Assembly: GCF_006345805.1 (NCBI RefSeq)
Contig: NC_042997.1
Span: 75,640,001 to 75,704,000 of the forward strand
Source: Octopus sinensis
Taxonomy: Eukaryota
Length of the DNA: 64,000 bases
Direction of reading: 5' to 3'
The position numbers and the translations under genes were made by a program. The notes below the pieces were generated by a model. That model did no database searches and had not been told where the DNA came from. It was given only the letters and a program-made list of their open reading frames with translations. Below, piece by piece: positions 22,763 through 35,872 of this stretch (its first letter is position 1; each line of letters opens with the position of its first letter).

Positions 22763-25700
22763 CATCATCATCATCATCATCGTTTAACGTCCGTTCTCCA
22801 TGCTAGCATGGGTTGGACGGTTTGACCGGGGATCTGGGAAGCCAGAAGGCTCCACCAGGCTCCAGTCTGATCTGGCAGTGTTTCTACAGCTGGATGCCCT
22901 TCCTAATGCCAACCACTCCGTGAGTGTAGTGGGTGCTTTTTACGTGCCATCTGCACAGGTGCCAGGCGAGGCTGGCAACGGCCACGATCGGATTGGTGTA
23001 TTTTACGTGCCACCGGCACAGAAGCCAGTCTAGTCGGCGCTGGCCACCTTTAGATGGTGCTTTTTACGTGCCACCAGCTCAGGGATCACAACTGCAGTTT
23101 CTATTGATTTTGATCTCCTCAAGCACAGGGTCGAAATGGTGTTTCTTCACTTGCCACCTGCACAAGAGTCAGTCCAGCAGTCCTGGCAACCGCCGGATGC
23201 CAGTCATAGGATTGATTCAATTTCGATTCCGATTTCGATTTCACTTGCCCCAACAGGTCTTTGCAAGCAGAGTTTAGTGTCCAATGAAGGGAGGTTGGCA
23301 TGGATGCCTGTCGTCGGATGAGGTTCAATTTCGACTTCGCTTGCCTCAACAGGTCTTTGTGTGTCCAAGGGAGGAATGACATGCATAAGTGGGCTGGACT
23401 CACTTGTCCTGCCTGGTCTTCTCACGCACAGCATATTTCCAAAGGTCTTGGTCGCTGGTCATTGCCTCGGTGAGGCCTAAAGTTCGAAGGTCGTGCTTCA
23501 CCACCTCGTCCCAGGTTTTCCTGGGTCTACCTCTTCCACAGGTTCCCTCAACTGCTAGGGATTGGCACTTTTCACACACCTATCTTCATCCATTCTCGTC
23601 ACATGACCATACCAGCGCAATCGTCTCTCTTGCACACCACAACTGATGCTTCTTAGGTCCAACATTTCTCTCAAGGTACTAACACTCTGTCAAGTATGCA
23701 CACTGACATTACACATCCATCGGAGCATACTGACTTCATTCCTCGCGAGCTTATGCATGTCCTCAGCAGTCATGGCCCATGTTTCACTGCCATGTAGCAT
23801 GGCTGTTCGTACACATGCATCATACAATCTGCCTTTTACTCTGAGTGAGAGGCCTTTAGTCACCAGCAGAGGTAAGAGCTCCCTGAACTTTGCCCAGGCT
23901 ATTCTTACTCTAGCCGTTACACTTTCAGCACACCCACCCCCACTACTGACTTGGTTGCCTAGATAACGGAAGCTATCAACTACTTCTAGTTTTTTCCCCT
24001 GGAAAGTGATGGAAGTTGTTTTCTGCAGATTTTCAGAGTTTATTGCTCCTGAGCATCTGCCACATACAAAAACTATCTTCCCAGTTAGCCTTCTTTTGAC
24101 ATTGCTGCCCTCTTATGTGTCCATAGCTTACACTGGGTACATCTTATAGAGTTTCTACCTACGCCTTTTCTACAGATCAAGCAGGGCCATCTACCTGAAG
24201 GCATTTGTGGTTTGTCTACCTTCCTACTTATTAGTACTTTGGTTTTAGCTAGGTTGACTCTAAGGCCCCTCGATTCTAATCCTTGTTTCCACACCTGGAA
24301 CTTCTCCTCCAGTTCTGATAGTGACTCAGCAATTAGAGCAAGGTCATCAGCATAGAGGAGCTCCCAGAGGCATCCTGTCTTGAATTCCTCCGTAATTGCC
24401 TGGAGGACTATGATAAATAGTAGGGGGCTGAGGACTGAACCCTGGTGGACCCCAATCTCTACCTTGAATTCTTCAGTGTACACGTTGCCAACCCTAACCT
24501 TACTTACAGCATCCCTGTACATGGCTTGCACAGCTCTCACCAGCCATTTATCTATCCCTAGTTTCCTCATTGACCACCAGATAAGGGATCGGGGGACCCT
24601 GTCAAAGGCTTTCTCCATGTCAACGAAAGTCAGGTACAGGGGCTTATCTTTGGCTAGGTATTTCTCCTGCAGCTGTCTCGCCAGAAATATGGCATCAGTG
24701 GTGCTTTTCCCTAGCACGAAACCCTATTCAGTTGGGCTATAACCCTCTCCGTAACCTTCATTACCTGATCCAACACCTTGATACCTCTGTAATTATTTGT
24801 ATCTAGGGCATCACCTTTACCTTTGTAGCAGTTGACTATTATGCTGCTACACCAGTCATTGGGTATGACTCCTTCGTGTATTACCTGGTTAACTATACGG
24901 GTGACTAGGCTATAGCCGACACTACCAGATATTTTGAGCATCTCTGCAGTAATTCCTGATGGGCCTGGGGCTTTCCCTGTCTTCATGCTTCTAATTGCCT
25001 TAACTACCAAAGAACTGTCAGCTCGGATAGCTGGTCCCTCTGTTGGGTTGACATTCGGCAGACTCTCTTTATCCCATTCATTTTCTTTATTCAGCAACCT
25101 TTCATAGTGGTGTCTCCAAACCTCTCTCTTTGCATCCTCATTTAGCGCAAGTGACCATCATCCATGCGAACACATTTCTCTCCTACCACATCATGTCTTG
25201 CAACACGAAATACCTCAAGTCTTTGGTCCTCATGGCGCAGAACATTGGCAATTTTTTTCTTATCTGCTTCCCCTCTGGCTAAATAAACCTGTCTCCTAGC
25301 TTCCCTTTTGGCAGTCTGATACACTTCCCTGCTACCACCATTCTTCCAGTCCTTCCAAGCCTGTTTCTTTTGTATAATAGCCCTGTCAACCACATTGTTC
25401 CACCACCACGTTACCTTGGGTTGAGTGGGGACTTTGCACCAGCCACAGATCTGGTCAGTGGCTCTCAGCTGGTTGTCCCGTAGAAACCTCCAGTTGTCTT
25501 CCACATTATGTGATGCTATACCCCCTTCTATTTCATCAAGGGCTTCGAGTAATACGTTTCTAAATCTCTGTCCATTTGCAGGATCTTTAAGCTTCCAGAC
25601 CCTTCTCCTCCAGGCTGGTCTTCTTCTGGGCATCCATTCAGCCCCGATCCTGAAGTCGCTAACTACTATGAGGGGTACATTCTTCACCTGGGAAGGTTTT

Positions 25701-27770
25701 GGCATTTATAAGCAGCCCTTTCCCTTTTTCTGGCAAAGATATAGTCAATTTGGCTGGTGTGTCTGCCAGAACGATCGGTGACTAGGTGACAGCCAGGTTT
25801 CCTGAAGTTAGTATTGCAAACCATAAGATCATTTGCATCGCAGAACTCCAGCAGTCTGGTTCCCTCCTCATTGCAGGAACCAAAACCATAGCCTCCATGT
25901 ATGCCATGGAAGCCTCCTGCACGTTGTCCAACATGTCCATTGAAATTACCAGCCACAAAAAGAAGGTCTCTGTCGTTCGTCGACGAGGTAGTCTGCAATA
26001 GGGTGTCATAGAATTGGTCTTTCTGCCCCTCCGGTAGACCCAGCTGAGGGGCATAGGCTGAGATAATGGTAGCTGACCTATGGTGAAGCACTAGTCTAAT
26101 CTTAGGTACTCTGTCACATACTCTGACTACCTCGATTACCTTATCAATCCATTTCTCCGCAAGAAATATACCCACGCCCCCGACCCTGTCAGTGTTCCCT
26201 GCCCAGAATATCTTGTACCTGTGTTCTTTGCCTGTGAGGAACCTAGCGGAACCTCCTCTCCACCTTACTTCTTGGATGCTGCACAAATCTACACGTCTCC
26301 GCTCAAGCATCTCAACAATCTCGCCAGACCTACCTTTCAGTGTACCAACTCTGAGGGCGTGGGAGGTGTGGGCCTGTGAGACCCTGGGATGAGGGACAGC
26401 AGTGTCATGTACCTGAAAAGAAAGCTCGCTTTTGGCAGAATTCATAAGAAACACTAGACTACAACCTACGGACAATACACCATTTTCATGCGCTATATGA
26501 TCAAATAGGCCCTACATAGGGGTGGGGTGGCATTTGGCCCTTAGAAGTGTTCACGGGAGATAAACGAGGAAGACATAGGTTAGGGTCTTCCGGTTAAGGA
26601 TAGGGACTGCCTGTGTGTGGAGGGGGTGGGAGGGTGGGTGTACCGCGAACCAGCAAGTTTAGACTAGAGCATCGTCTTCTGCCCTTGTATACTATGGTTA
26701 GAGAAATTAGAGAGAATGAATGAACGAAATGATAACTTTGGTTAGGAAGGATAAATAAATAAATGAAACATTGCGATTAACAGATATGCATGATCTTAAG
26801 ACAAACAGGAAGACGAAGCTATCGGTACTATGTTTATGTGATAAAGAAATAGATAGATAATATAATAATAGTAATAATAATAATAATAATAATAGAGAAT
26901 GAATGGGGGTGGCATTAGGGTTACGATCTACGCATTAAACATGGAGAACATGAACAAGGTTGAGAAGTCAAAATTTTCCTTATCTTGGCATTTTCTGAGA
27001 TCCGTGTTCCATCAGCAGAGGGATTGAAAATCGAGTAGGGGAAAAAACAGGGCTTGCACTTGTTTATAGAGTTAAGGTTAAGGGGGGAAGTGTTGGTGTA
27101 ACAGGTGGGTAAATCGAAGAGAGAGAGGGGACAAGCAGTAAATACACCACGAGGTAGAAGGAGGAAATTCTTAGGGGTACTCGGTGAGAAAAGTAGGAGA
27201 GACAGTGAGTGATCAAGAATGAGGGCAGAAACAGGTGTGCTGCTGTAGAGGAGATACATAGTCATCCTAGTCAGAGGGAAGAGCAAGAGAAAGAGTGTGG
27301 GAGACAAGAGAGCAGGAGAGAGGATGGTGAAGTTCCAGGGTATACTCATAAAGAATGGGGTTCAGCGCATAGATGGGATAGTAGAGTAAGGAAGAAAGAG
27401 ATAAATGGTGGCAATTGCCAGAGCATGCCCTCATTGTACGGGTCATCATATATGCGGCCAGGTATTGCCAAGAAGGTGTAAGTAAGGAATGGGGGTGGGG
27501 ATTGCAGTGACTGATGAGAACCTGGGTATAAAGAGAGGGATGGGGGAAGCAGCAATACAGTGAGCAGGAGAGGATGGGGAATGAGAGATTATCATAGTGT
27601 ATGAAGAGGAAATGTGAGGAAGTGAAAAAGATGCTTTTTGGGGGAAGTAATGGAGTTTGGATTCTAGGGGTAGGGTTTGTGAAAACTTTATTGTTACATG
27701 TGGGTATGACAGTGCTTCTAGCACTCAGTTTCACCAACGTGGGTGGGTCTTCTCTAGAACCTCATAGTGC
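22763..27770 (-). mobile_element. Near full-length RTE LINE, frameshifted
   Basis: APE (LCSIQEVRW, IDYIF) at 25684-26475, RT (FVDMEKAFD, YADD) at 24085-25097, (CAT)n tail, pyrimidine-rich 5' leader. Confidence 0.95.
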
Positions 27771-27778
27771 CATATATC

Positions 27779-28040
27779 TCAGTCTATTGTCATTTCCTCC
27801 ATGAGCCCTAACATCCCGAGATCAGTCTTTACCACATCATCCCATGTTTTCCTGGGTCTCCCTCTCATACAAGTACCATTCATTTTCGTTTTTTGGCACT
27901 TCTTTATACAGTTGTCTTCATTCATGTGCATCACACATCCAAACGAATGTAATCTCCTCTTCCACATACCACATTTAATTCCTCTTATGCCCCACTTTTC
28001 TCTATACAGTTGTGGGAATTTTCTCTCCATCCTTGTTTAC
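27779..28040 (-). mobile_element. Old RTE C-terminal fragment
   Basis: RRLHSFG...[13 protein letters not shown]. Confidence 0.75.
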
Positions 28041-28332
28041 TAAGTTCTCATTACTCAGCAGGAGTATGCATCCTGCTGAGTAATGAAAACTTGGTAAACA
28101 AGCATGCTGAGAAAATTCCAAGATGTCCCCACTGTGCTAAATATGCATTTTCAAGATTAGGCACTGTGAAATAATAATAATAATAATAATAATATTTCAG
28201 GGTGTTTTCCCCCTCCTCTTTTTTTCCATCCTACCTAAGTGTCCATTTGTAGTGGTGTATATTTTTTCTTTCTCTCTCTATATATATGTTTGTCTGGCTG
28301 TACCCCTCTCTCTCTCTATATATATATATATG

Positions 28333-28392
<60 letters not shown>

Positions 28393-29048
28393 AATGTAAT
28401 CTCTAGACCCAGCACTGTCAAATAATAGTATTGCAAATAATAACTAATAATGATTCAGTAAATTCCCAGTCAGATTGTGCTTGTCTCCTTATTTATATGT
28501 ATGGGTGTCCACCCACATGTGTACAGTTCATGAAAGTATCTACTTTTTTGTGTAGATATATATATATATTTGTATTTATGCATGTGTGCATATGGATGCA
28601 TATGTATATCTGCATGAGTGTATTTGTAGGTATATATTCATATGTGTATTTGTATCTACACACAAGTGCATGTGTATGTGAATGAGAGACTATCAGTGTA
28701 CATATATTAATGTACGCATATATCTATGCACATATATATTAATATATGTGTGTGTGCCTATGCTTTTATGTGTATGTATGCACATGAGTGTGTGGGTGAA
28801 AATATAAAGATATATATATATATATATATATGGATGGATGTATAAATATATATATGTGTGTGTGTATAGGTGCTTGTTTGTGTATATATGTGTACCTCTT
28901 TCACAGGTTTCCTCCTGGGTCTGCCTCTTCCACAGGTTCACTCCACTGTTAGGGTGTGATACTTTTTCACACAGCTGTCCTCATCCATGTGCAACACATG
29001 ACCATAACCATATCTATGTATGAATGTGTATATGTGTGGATATATATA

Positions 29049-29094
<46 letters not shown>

Positions 29095-29100
<6 letters not shown>

Positions 29101-29445
29101 TAGAAAAAAACCACCTTTTATCAATTCAAAATGAAAAATTAAATTGCACCATCTAGAAAATTACATATAATAGAAATATTAAATATAAGATAAAAATACT
29201 AAACCAATGATTAAGTAATGTGCAAAATAATAAATAAAATGTATATATTTTGTAGAATAACGACACGTGTTTCGTGGCTATAATTAAGAAATGATTATCA
29301 TAAAAATATTAGTAGTAGTAGTAAAATCACTTCGATATAAATATAGCCACTCATCAGGTTAAAAATAACTACAATAATAAAATAATTAATTAATAAATAT
29401 ACGTAAATAATCTTTTAAAATATAGATATATTCTTTAAAATATAT
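29095..29445 (-). mobile_element. AT-rich hammerhead-bearing repeat arm (pLTR-like), left arm of an inverted pair
   Basis: Reverse complement of 30740-30823 plus 35488-35755; bounded by (TA)n. Confidence 0.75.
29252..29373 (-). ncRNA. Type I hammerhead ribozyme with expanded loop II
   Basis: TAAC-CTGATGA-GTGGCTATA-[59 nt]-TATAGCCAC-GAAAC-ACGT-GTC|GTTA; distal stem I TGTAG/CTACA. Confidence 0.8.
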
Positions 29446-29497
29446 ATATATAAGATACTAAATATACATTAAGTGAAAACTAAATACAACACTTTAA

Positions 29498-30572
29498 CCC
29501 TTTCGTTACCAAACCGCCCAAAGCCGCCCGAAAAAAATTTTGGTTTATGAGACCAAACCGCCCAAAGCCGCCCGAATTTACCTATTCATATTTAAATGAG
29601 AATATCAGAGCAAATCTCTTCAGTACATTCGTGAAAACACGTATTATACTTCGTAAACAGTTCAACTACAGTTTTGTACAATAATCGAAGTGTAATTTTA
29701 ATTCCGTGAATTTTGGGAGATTTTTTTCCGAAATTTGTTCCTATTGTGTTTTCAAAATTTGTAATTCTGACAAAAAATGGATACGAATTTCATTATATCA
29801 AGCAGCGAGTCAGAATTCGAAGGATTTTCTACTGAAGACCTTCATAAATCTAACTCTATGACTGAAAAAAAAAAAAGCATGTGGTATTTGATAATGAATC
29901 TGATGTTTCATTTTCCGAAAGTGAAAACAGTGAATCTGAGATCTCCAATGGCGATAAAGAAAATGAATTGGCACCTGAATGGAGTGAAAATTTAAAAACT
30001 GTTTCTTTCGGTGATTTTTCTGAAGAAACTGGACCAAGCCACAGACTTTCCCAGAAGAGTAAAGCCTTAAACTATTTCTTTTTACTTTTTCGAATGAGCC
30101 TATTTGAAATCATTACGGTGAAAACGAACCGTTACGCTAAACGTAAACAAAGCGAAAGAAACGATAGTTTGTTATTTCCCACAACCTTAAATGAAATTAA
30201 GGCCTATTTTGCCATAAATATTATTATGGGTATCAGAAAGTTACCCAGAATAACAAATTCTATCGTAAAATTTTGTTGTATACCCAATTGAATATTAGCT
30301 AATAACCCATTTTCTATAGCGATGTTTGAACAAAATTTTAATAATTTTATATTTTGTGGAATTTACCTGTATCTACCTGCAATTAGAGTCACTTTGTAAC
30401 AAAAATTATAGTATAGATTGGTTGAGAATATTTCATTAAATTATCTTCCAAAAATCAGATTAATATATTGATAAATAAAAAAGTTATAGTTGTTTAATGA
30501 AACCAGACTAAATTTATGATTACGTTAGAAATTAATTGAAACACATAAGGGGTGTAATTTGGTCAGAAAGGG
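29498..30572 (+). mobile_element. Internally deleted piggyBac element
   Basis: TTAA on both sides; termini CCCTTTC.../...GAAAGGG; transposase N-terminal fragment (TNRYA...EIKAYFAINIIMGIRKLP) at 29777-30291. Confidence 0.9.
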
Positions 30573-30823
30573 TTAAGCTATATACATTAAATCAGATTAT
30601 TAATTAATATATTTATTTAATAAACATCCAAATACAGGCTAATACCCATTAAGCAATTAATACTAAAACCTTAAAATTAATTAATATACACAATGCTAGT
30701 ACAAGCCATAAATACTGGAATCAAAATAAGAAATGTTTCAAATATAGATATCTATTTTAAAGAATATATTTATATTTTAAAAGATTATTTACGTATATTT
30801 ATTAATTAATTATTTTATTATTG

Positions 30824-33800
30824 ATAACCTTAAGGTTATCATTTCATTATTTCATTTTCTCTAAATTTGTTTAACCATAGCTTACAAGTACTGAAGATGA
30901 TGCTCTAGTCTAAACTTGCCCAAATTCCCTAAGAATAGTCTTCTACCTCGTGTTGTATTTATTACTTACTTACTTTAACACCTGACCATCTAACTCTGAC
31001 CCCCCTCTCTCTCTGCCTCACTGTCTCTTCGATTTACCACTGCTGTTTCATTAAATTATGTTACCCAAAATCCCAAAAGTAGTTTTCAATTCTATCTCAC
31101 GATTTCAGCATTTGCTGTTTCATTAATTTATGTTTACACAAAATCCCTAAGAATATTCTTCCTCTTCGTATTGTATTTACTGCCTGACCACCCAACTCTG
31201 ACCTCTCTTTCTATGCACACTGTCTCTCTCTTCGATTTACCACTGCTATTTCATTAAATTATGTTTCCCAAAATCTCAAAAATATTTTTCAATTCCATCT
31301 CATGATTTCGGCATTTGCTGTTTCATTAATTTTTGTTACAGAGAATCCCTAAGAATATTCTTCTTCTTCCTCATGTTGTCCCCCCCTCTCTCTCTCTTTC
31401 TCACTCTCTCTTCGATTTACCACCTAATACACCAACAGTCCCCCCCACTAACCCCAACTCTATATAAACTAGTGTATGCTCTGTTTTTTCCCCTACTCGA
31501 TTTTCATTTCCTCTGCTGATAAAATATGGATTTCAGAAGATGACCAGTTAAGGAAAATTTTGACTTTACAACCTCGTTCATGTACTCCTGTTAATGTATA
31601 GATCGTAACCCTAACCACCACCCCCATTCGTTCTCTATTATCTATCTATTTCTCTATCATGTAAACATAGTTCCAATAGCTTCACCTTCCTTGTTTCTCT
31701 TAAGATCATATTTATCTGTTAATCATTATATTTTATTTTTATTTTATTACAGGTTATTATTTCATTATTTCATTCTCTCTAAATTTGTTTATCCATAGCT
31801 TACATGTGCAGAAGACGATGCTCTAGTCTAAACTTGCTGTTTCAAAGTACACCCACCCTCCCACACCATCTACCTTAACAGGAAGTTACTAACCTATGTC
31901 TTCCTTGTGTACCTCCTGCGAACACTTCTAAGGGCCAAATGCCACCCACACCCCTATGTAGGGTTTATTTGATCATATAGCACAAAAAACAGTGTAGTGT
32001 ATGTAGGTTGTAGTCTAGTGTTTCTTTATGAATTCTGCCAAATGCAAGCTTTCTTTTCAGGTACATAACACTGCTGTCCCTCATCCCAGGGTCTCACAGG
32101 CTCACACCTCCCACACCCTCAGAGTTGGCACACTGAAAGGTAGGTCTGGTGAGATTGTTGAGATGCTTGAACTATTGTTGAGATGCTTGTGCCGCATCCA
32201 AGAAGTAAGGTGGAGAGGAGGTTCCGCTAGGTTCCTCACAGGCAAAGAACACAGGTACAAGATTTTCTGGGCAGGGAACACTGACGGGGTCAGGAGCGTG
32301 GGTATACCTCTTGTGGAGAAATGGGTAGATAAGGTAATCGAGGTAGTCAGAGTATGTGACAGAGTACTTAAGATTAGATTAGTGCTTCACCATAGGTCAG
32401 CTACCATTATCTCGGCCTATGCCCTTCAACCGGGGCTACCGGAAGGGCAGAAAGACTGATTCTATGACACCCTGTTGCAGATTACCTCATTGACAAATGA
32501 CAGGTACCTTCTCTTTGTGGCTGGTGACATCAATGGATATATATGTCGGGGGCTTCCATGGCATACAGTTTTGGTTCTCGCAATGAGGAGGGAACCAGGC
32601 TGCTGGAGTTCTGTGATGCAAATGATCTTATGGTTTGCAATGCCAACTTCAGGAAACCCACCTCTCACCTAGTCACCTACCGTCCTGGCAGACACACTAG
32701 CCAAATTGACTACATCCTCGTCAGAAAAAGGGAAAGAGGGTTGCTTATAAATGCCAAAACCTTCCCAGGCGAAGAATGTATCCCTCAACGTAGATTAGTA
32801 GTTGGCAACTTCAGGATCAGGGCTGAATGAATGCCCAGAAAAAGACTAGCTTGGAGGAGAAGGGTCTGGAAGCTTAAAGATCCTGCAAATCGACAGAGAT
32901 TTAGAGACGTATTACTCGAAGCCTTCGATGAAATAGGAGGGGATATACCATCACATAATGTGGAAGACAACTGAAAGTTCCTACGGAACAACCCGCTAAA
33001 GGCCACCGACCAGATCTGTGGATGGTGCAAAGTCCCCTCTCAACCCAAAATAACGTGGTGGTGGAACAATGTGGTTGACAGGGCTATTAGACAAAAGAAA
33101 CAGGCTTGGAAGGACTGGAAGAACAGTGGTAGCAGGGAAGTGTATCAGACTGCCAAAAGGGAAGCTAGGAGGCAGGTTTATTTAGTCAGAGAGGAAGCAG
33201 ATAAGAAAAAAAATTTGCCAATGTTTTGTGCCGTGAGAACGAAAGACTTGAGGTATTTCATGTTGCAAGACAGTGTGTGAGAGAGAATCGTGGTGTGATA
33301 GGAGAGAAATGTGTTCGCATGGATGATGGTTCACTTGCACTAAATGAGGATGCAAAGAGAGAGGTGTGGAGACACCACTATGAAAAGTTGCTCAATAAAG
33401 AGAAGGAATGGGAGAAAGAGAGTCTGCTGAATGTCGACCCAACAGAGGGACCAGCTATCCGAGTTGACAGTACCTCGGTAGATAAAGCAATTAGAAGTAT
33501 GAAGACAGGGAAAGCCCCAAGCCCATCAGGAATTACTGCAGAGATGCTCAAAATATCTGGCAGCGTTGGCTATAGCCTAGTCACCCATATAGTTAACCAG
33601 GTGATACACAAAGGAGTCATACCCAATGACTGGTGTAGCAGCATAATAGTCAACTGCTACAAAGGTAAAGGTGACGCTTTAGATACAAATAATTACAGAG
33701 GTATCAAGTTGCTGGACCAAGTAATGGAGGTTACAGAACGGGTCATAGCCCAACTAATTAGAGAGAGAGTCAGTTCAGATGAGATGCAGTTTGGATTCGT

Positions 33801-35487
33801 GCTAGGGAAAAGCACCACTGATGTTATATTCTTGGTAAGAAATACCTAGCGAAAGATAAACCTCTGTACCTGGCTTTCGTTGACATGGAGAAAGCCTTTG
33901 ACAGGGTCCCCCGATCCCTTATCTAGTGGTCAATGAGGAAACTAGGGATAGATGAATGGTTAGTGAAAGCTGTGCGAACCATGTACAGGGACACTGTAAG
34001 TAAGGTGAGGGTTGGCAATGAGTACAGTGAAGAATTCCGGGTAGAGGTAGGGGTCCACCAAGGTTCAGTCCTCAGCCCCCTCCTATTTATCATAGTTCGC
34101 CAGGCAATAACAGAGGAATTCAAGACAGGATGCCCCTGGGAGCTCCTCTATGCTGATGACCTTGCTCTAATTGCTGAGTCACTATCAGAACTGGAGGAGA
34201 AGTTCCAGGTGTGGAAACAAGGATTAGAATCGAGGAGCCTTAGAGTCAACCTAGCTAAAACCAAAGTACTAATAAGTAGGAAGGTAGACAAATCACAAAC
34301 GCCTTCAGGTAGATGGCCCTGCTCGATCTGTAGAAAAGGGGTAGGTAGAAACTCTATAAGATGTACCCAGTGTAAGCTATGGACACATAAGAGGTGCAGC
34401 AATGTCAAAGGAAGGCTAACTAGGAAGATAGTTTTTGTATGTGGCAGATTCTCAGGAATAATAAACACTGAAAATGTGCAGAGAACAAATTCCTCCACAT
34501 TCCAGGGAGAAAAACTAGAAGTAGTTGATAACTTCCGTTACCTAGGTGACCAAGTCAGTAGCAGAGGCGGGTGTGCTGAAAGTGTAACTGCTAGAGTAAG
34601 AATAGCCTTGGCAAAGTTCAGAGAGCTCTTACCTCTGCTGGTGACAAAAGGCCTCTCGCTCAGAGTAAAAGGCAGATTGTATGATGCATGAGTACGAACA
34701 GCCATGCTACATGGCAGTGAAACATGGGCCGTGACTGCTGAGGATATGCGTAAGCTTGCAAGAAATGAAGCCAGTATGCTCAAATGGATGTGTAATGTCA
34801 GTGTGCATACTCGACAGAGTGTAAGTACCTTGAGAGAAAAGTTGGACCTAAGAAGCATCAGTTGTGGTGTGCAAGAGAGACGTCTACGCTGGTATGGTCA
34901 TGTGGCAAGAATGGATGACGATAGTTGTGTGAAAAATGGCACACCCTAGCGGTTGAAGGAACCTGTGGAAGAGGTAGACCCAGGAAAACCTGGGACGAGG
35001 TGGTGAAGCACGACCCTCGAACATTAAGTCTCACCGAGGAAATGACTAGTGACCGAGACCTTTGGAAGTATGCTGTGTGTGAGAAGACCCAGCAGGAGAC
35101 CATAACCCGTGGCCTCTGCCTAGGATGTAGCCAGTCCACTTATGCATACCTTTCCTTCTTGGGACACAAAACTCTGCTTTCACAGACCTGTTGAGGCAAG
35201 TGAAATCGAAATTGATCAAAAATCAATGGAAATTGTAGTTGTGATACCATTGCTGGTGGCACGTAAAAGATACCATCTGAACCTGGCTGTTGCCTGGCAC
35301 CTGTGCCAGTGACACGTAAAAAGCACCCACTACACTCATGGAGTGGTTGGTGTTAGGAAGGGCATCCACTGTAGAAACACTGCCAGATCAGACTGGGCCT
35401 GGTGCAGCCTCCTGGCTTCCCAGACCCCAGTCGAACTCTCCAACCCATGCTAGCATGGAAAGCAGATGTTACGCGATGATGATGATG
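30824..35487 (+). mobile_element. Near full-length RTE LINE with TSD
   Basis: TSD ATTATTG at 30817-30823 and 35488-35494; APE 32028-32830; RT 33226-34950 with stops and frameshifts; (GAT)n tail. Confidence 0.95.
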
Positions 35488-35490
35488 ATT

Positions 35491-35612
35491 ATTGTAGTTA
35501 TTTTTAACCTGATGAGTGGCTATATTTATATCAAAGTGATTTTACAACTGCTACTAATATTTTTACTATAATCATTTCTTAAATATAGCCACGAAAGACG
35601 TCGTTATTCTAC
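35491..35612 (+). ncRNA. Hammerhead copy with damaged helix III
   Basis: CTGATGA at 35509; 12-bp stem II GTGGCTATATTT/AAATATAGCCAC; 53-nt loop; GAAA-GAC-GTC|GTTA. Confidence 0.65.
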
Positions 35613-35872
35613 CAAATATATACATTTTATTTATTATTTTGCACATTACTTAATCATTGGTTTATTTAATATTTCTATTATATGTAATTTTCTAGATTGT
35701 GTAATTTAATTTTTCATTTTGAATTGATAAAAGGTGGTTTTTTCTAATTTATATATATATATTATATTTTGTGAAATTTGATTTAGTATTTCTAAATTGA
35801 ATTTTTCCTTGTAAGTTAGGAATAATATTCCCTCAAATTATTATTATTATTATTATTATATATATATATATA

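Noticed and set aside
30885-30925. CTGAAGA...TAAAC hammerhead-like motif in the RTE leader
   Set aside because: All three copies (26650, 30890, 31810) have TAAAC rather than GAAAC, and two have CAGAAGA
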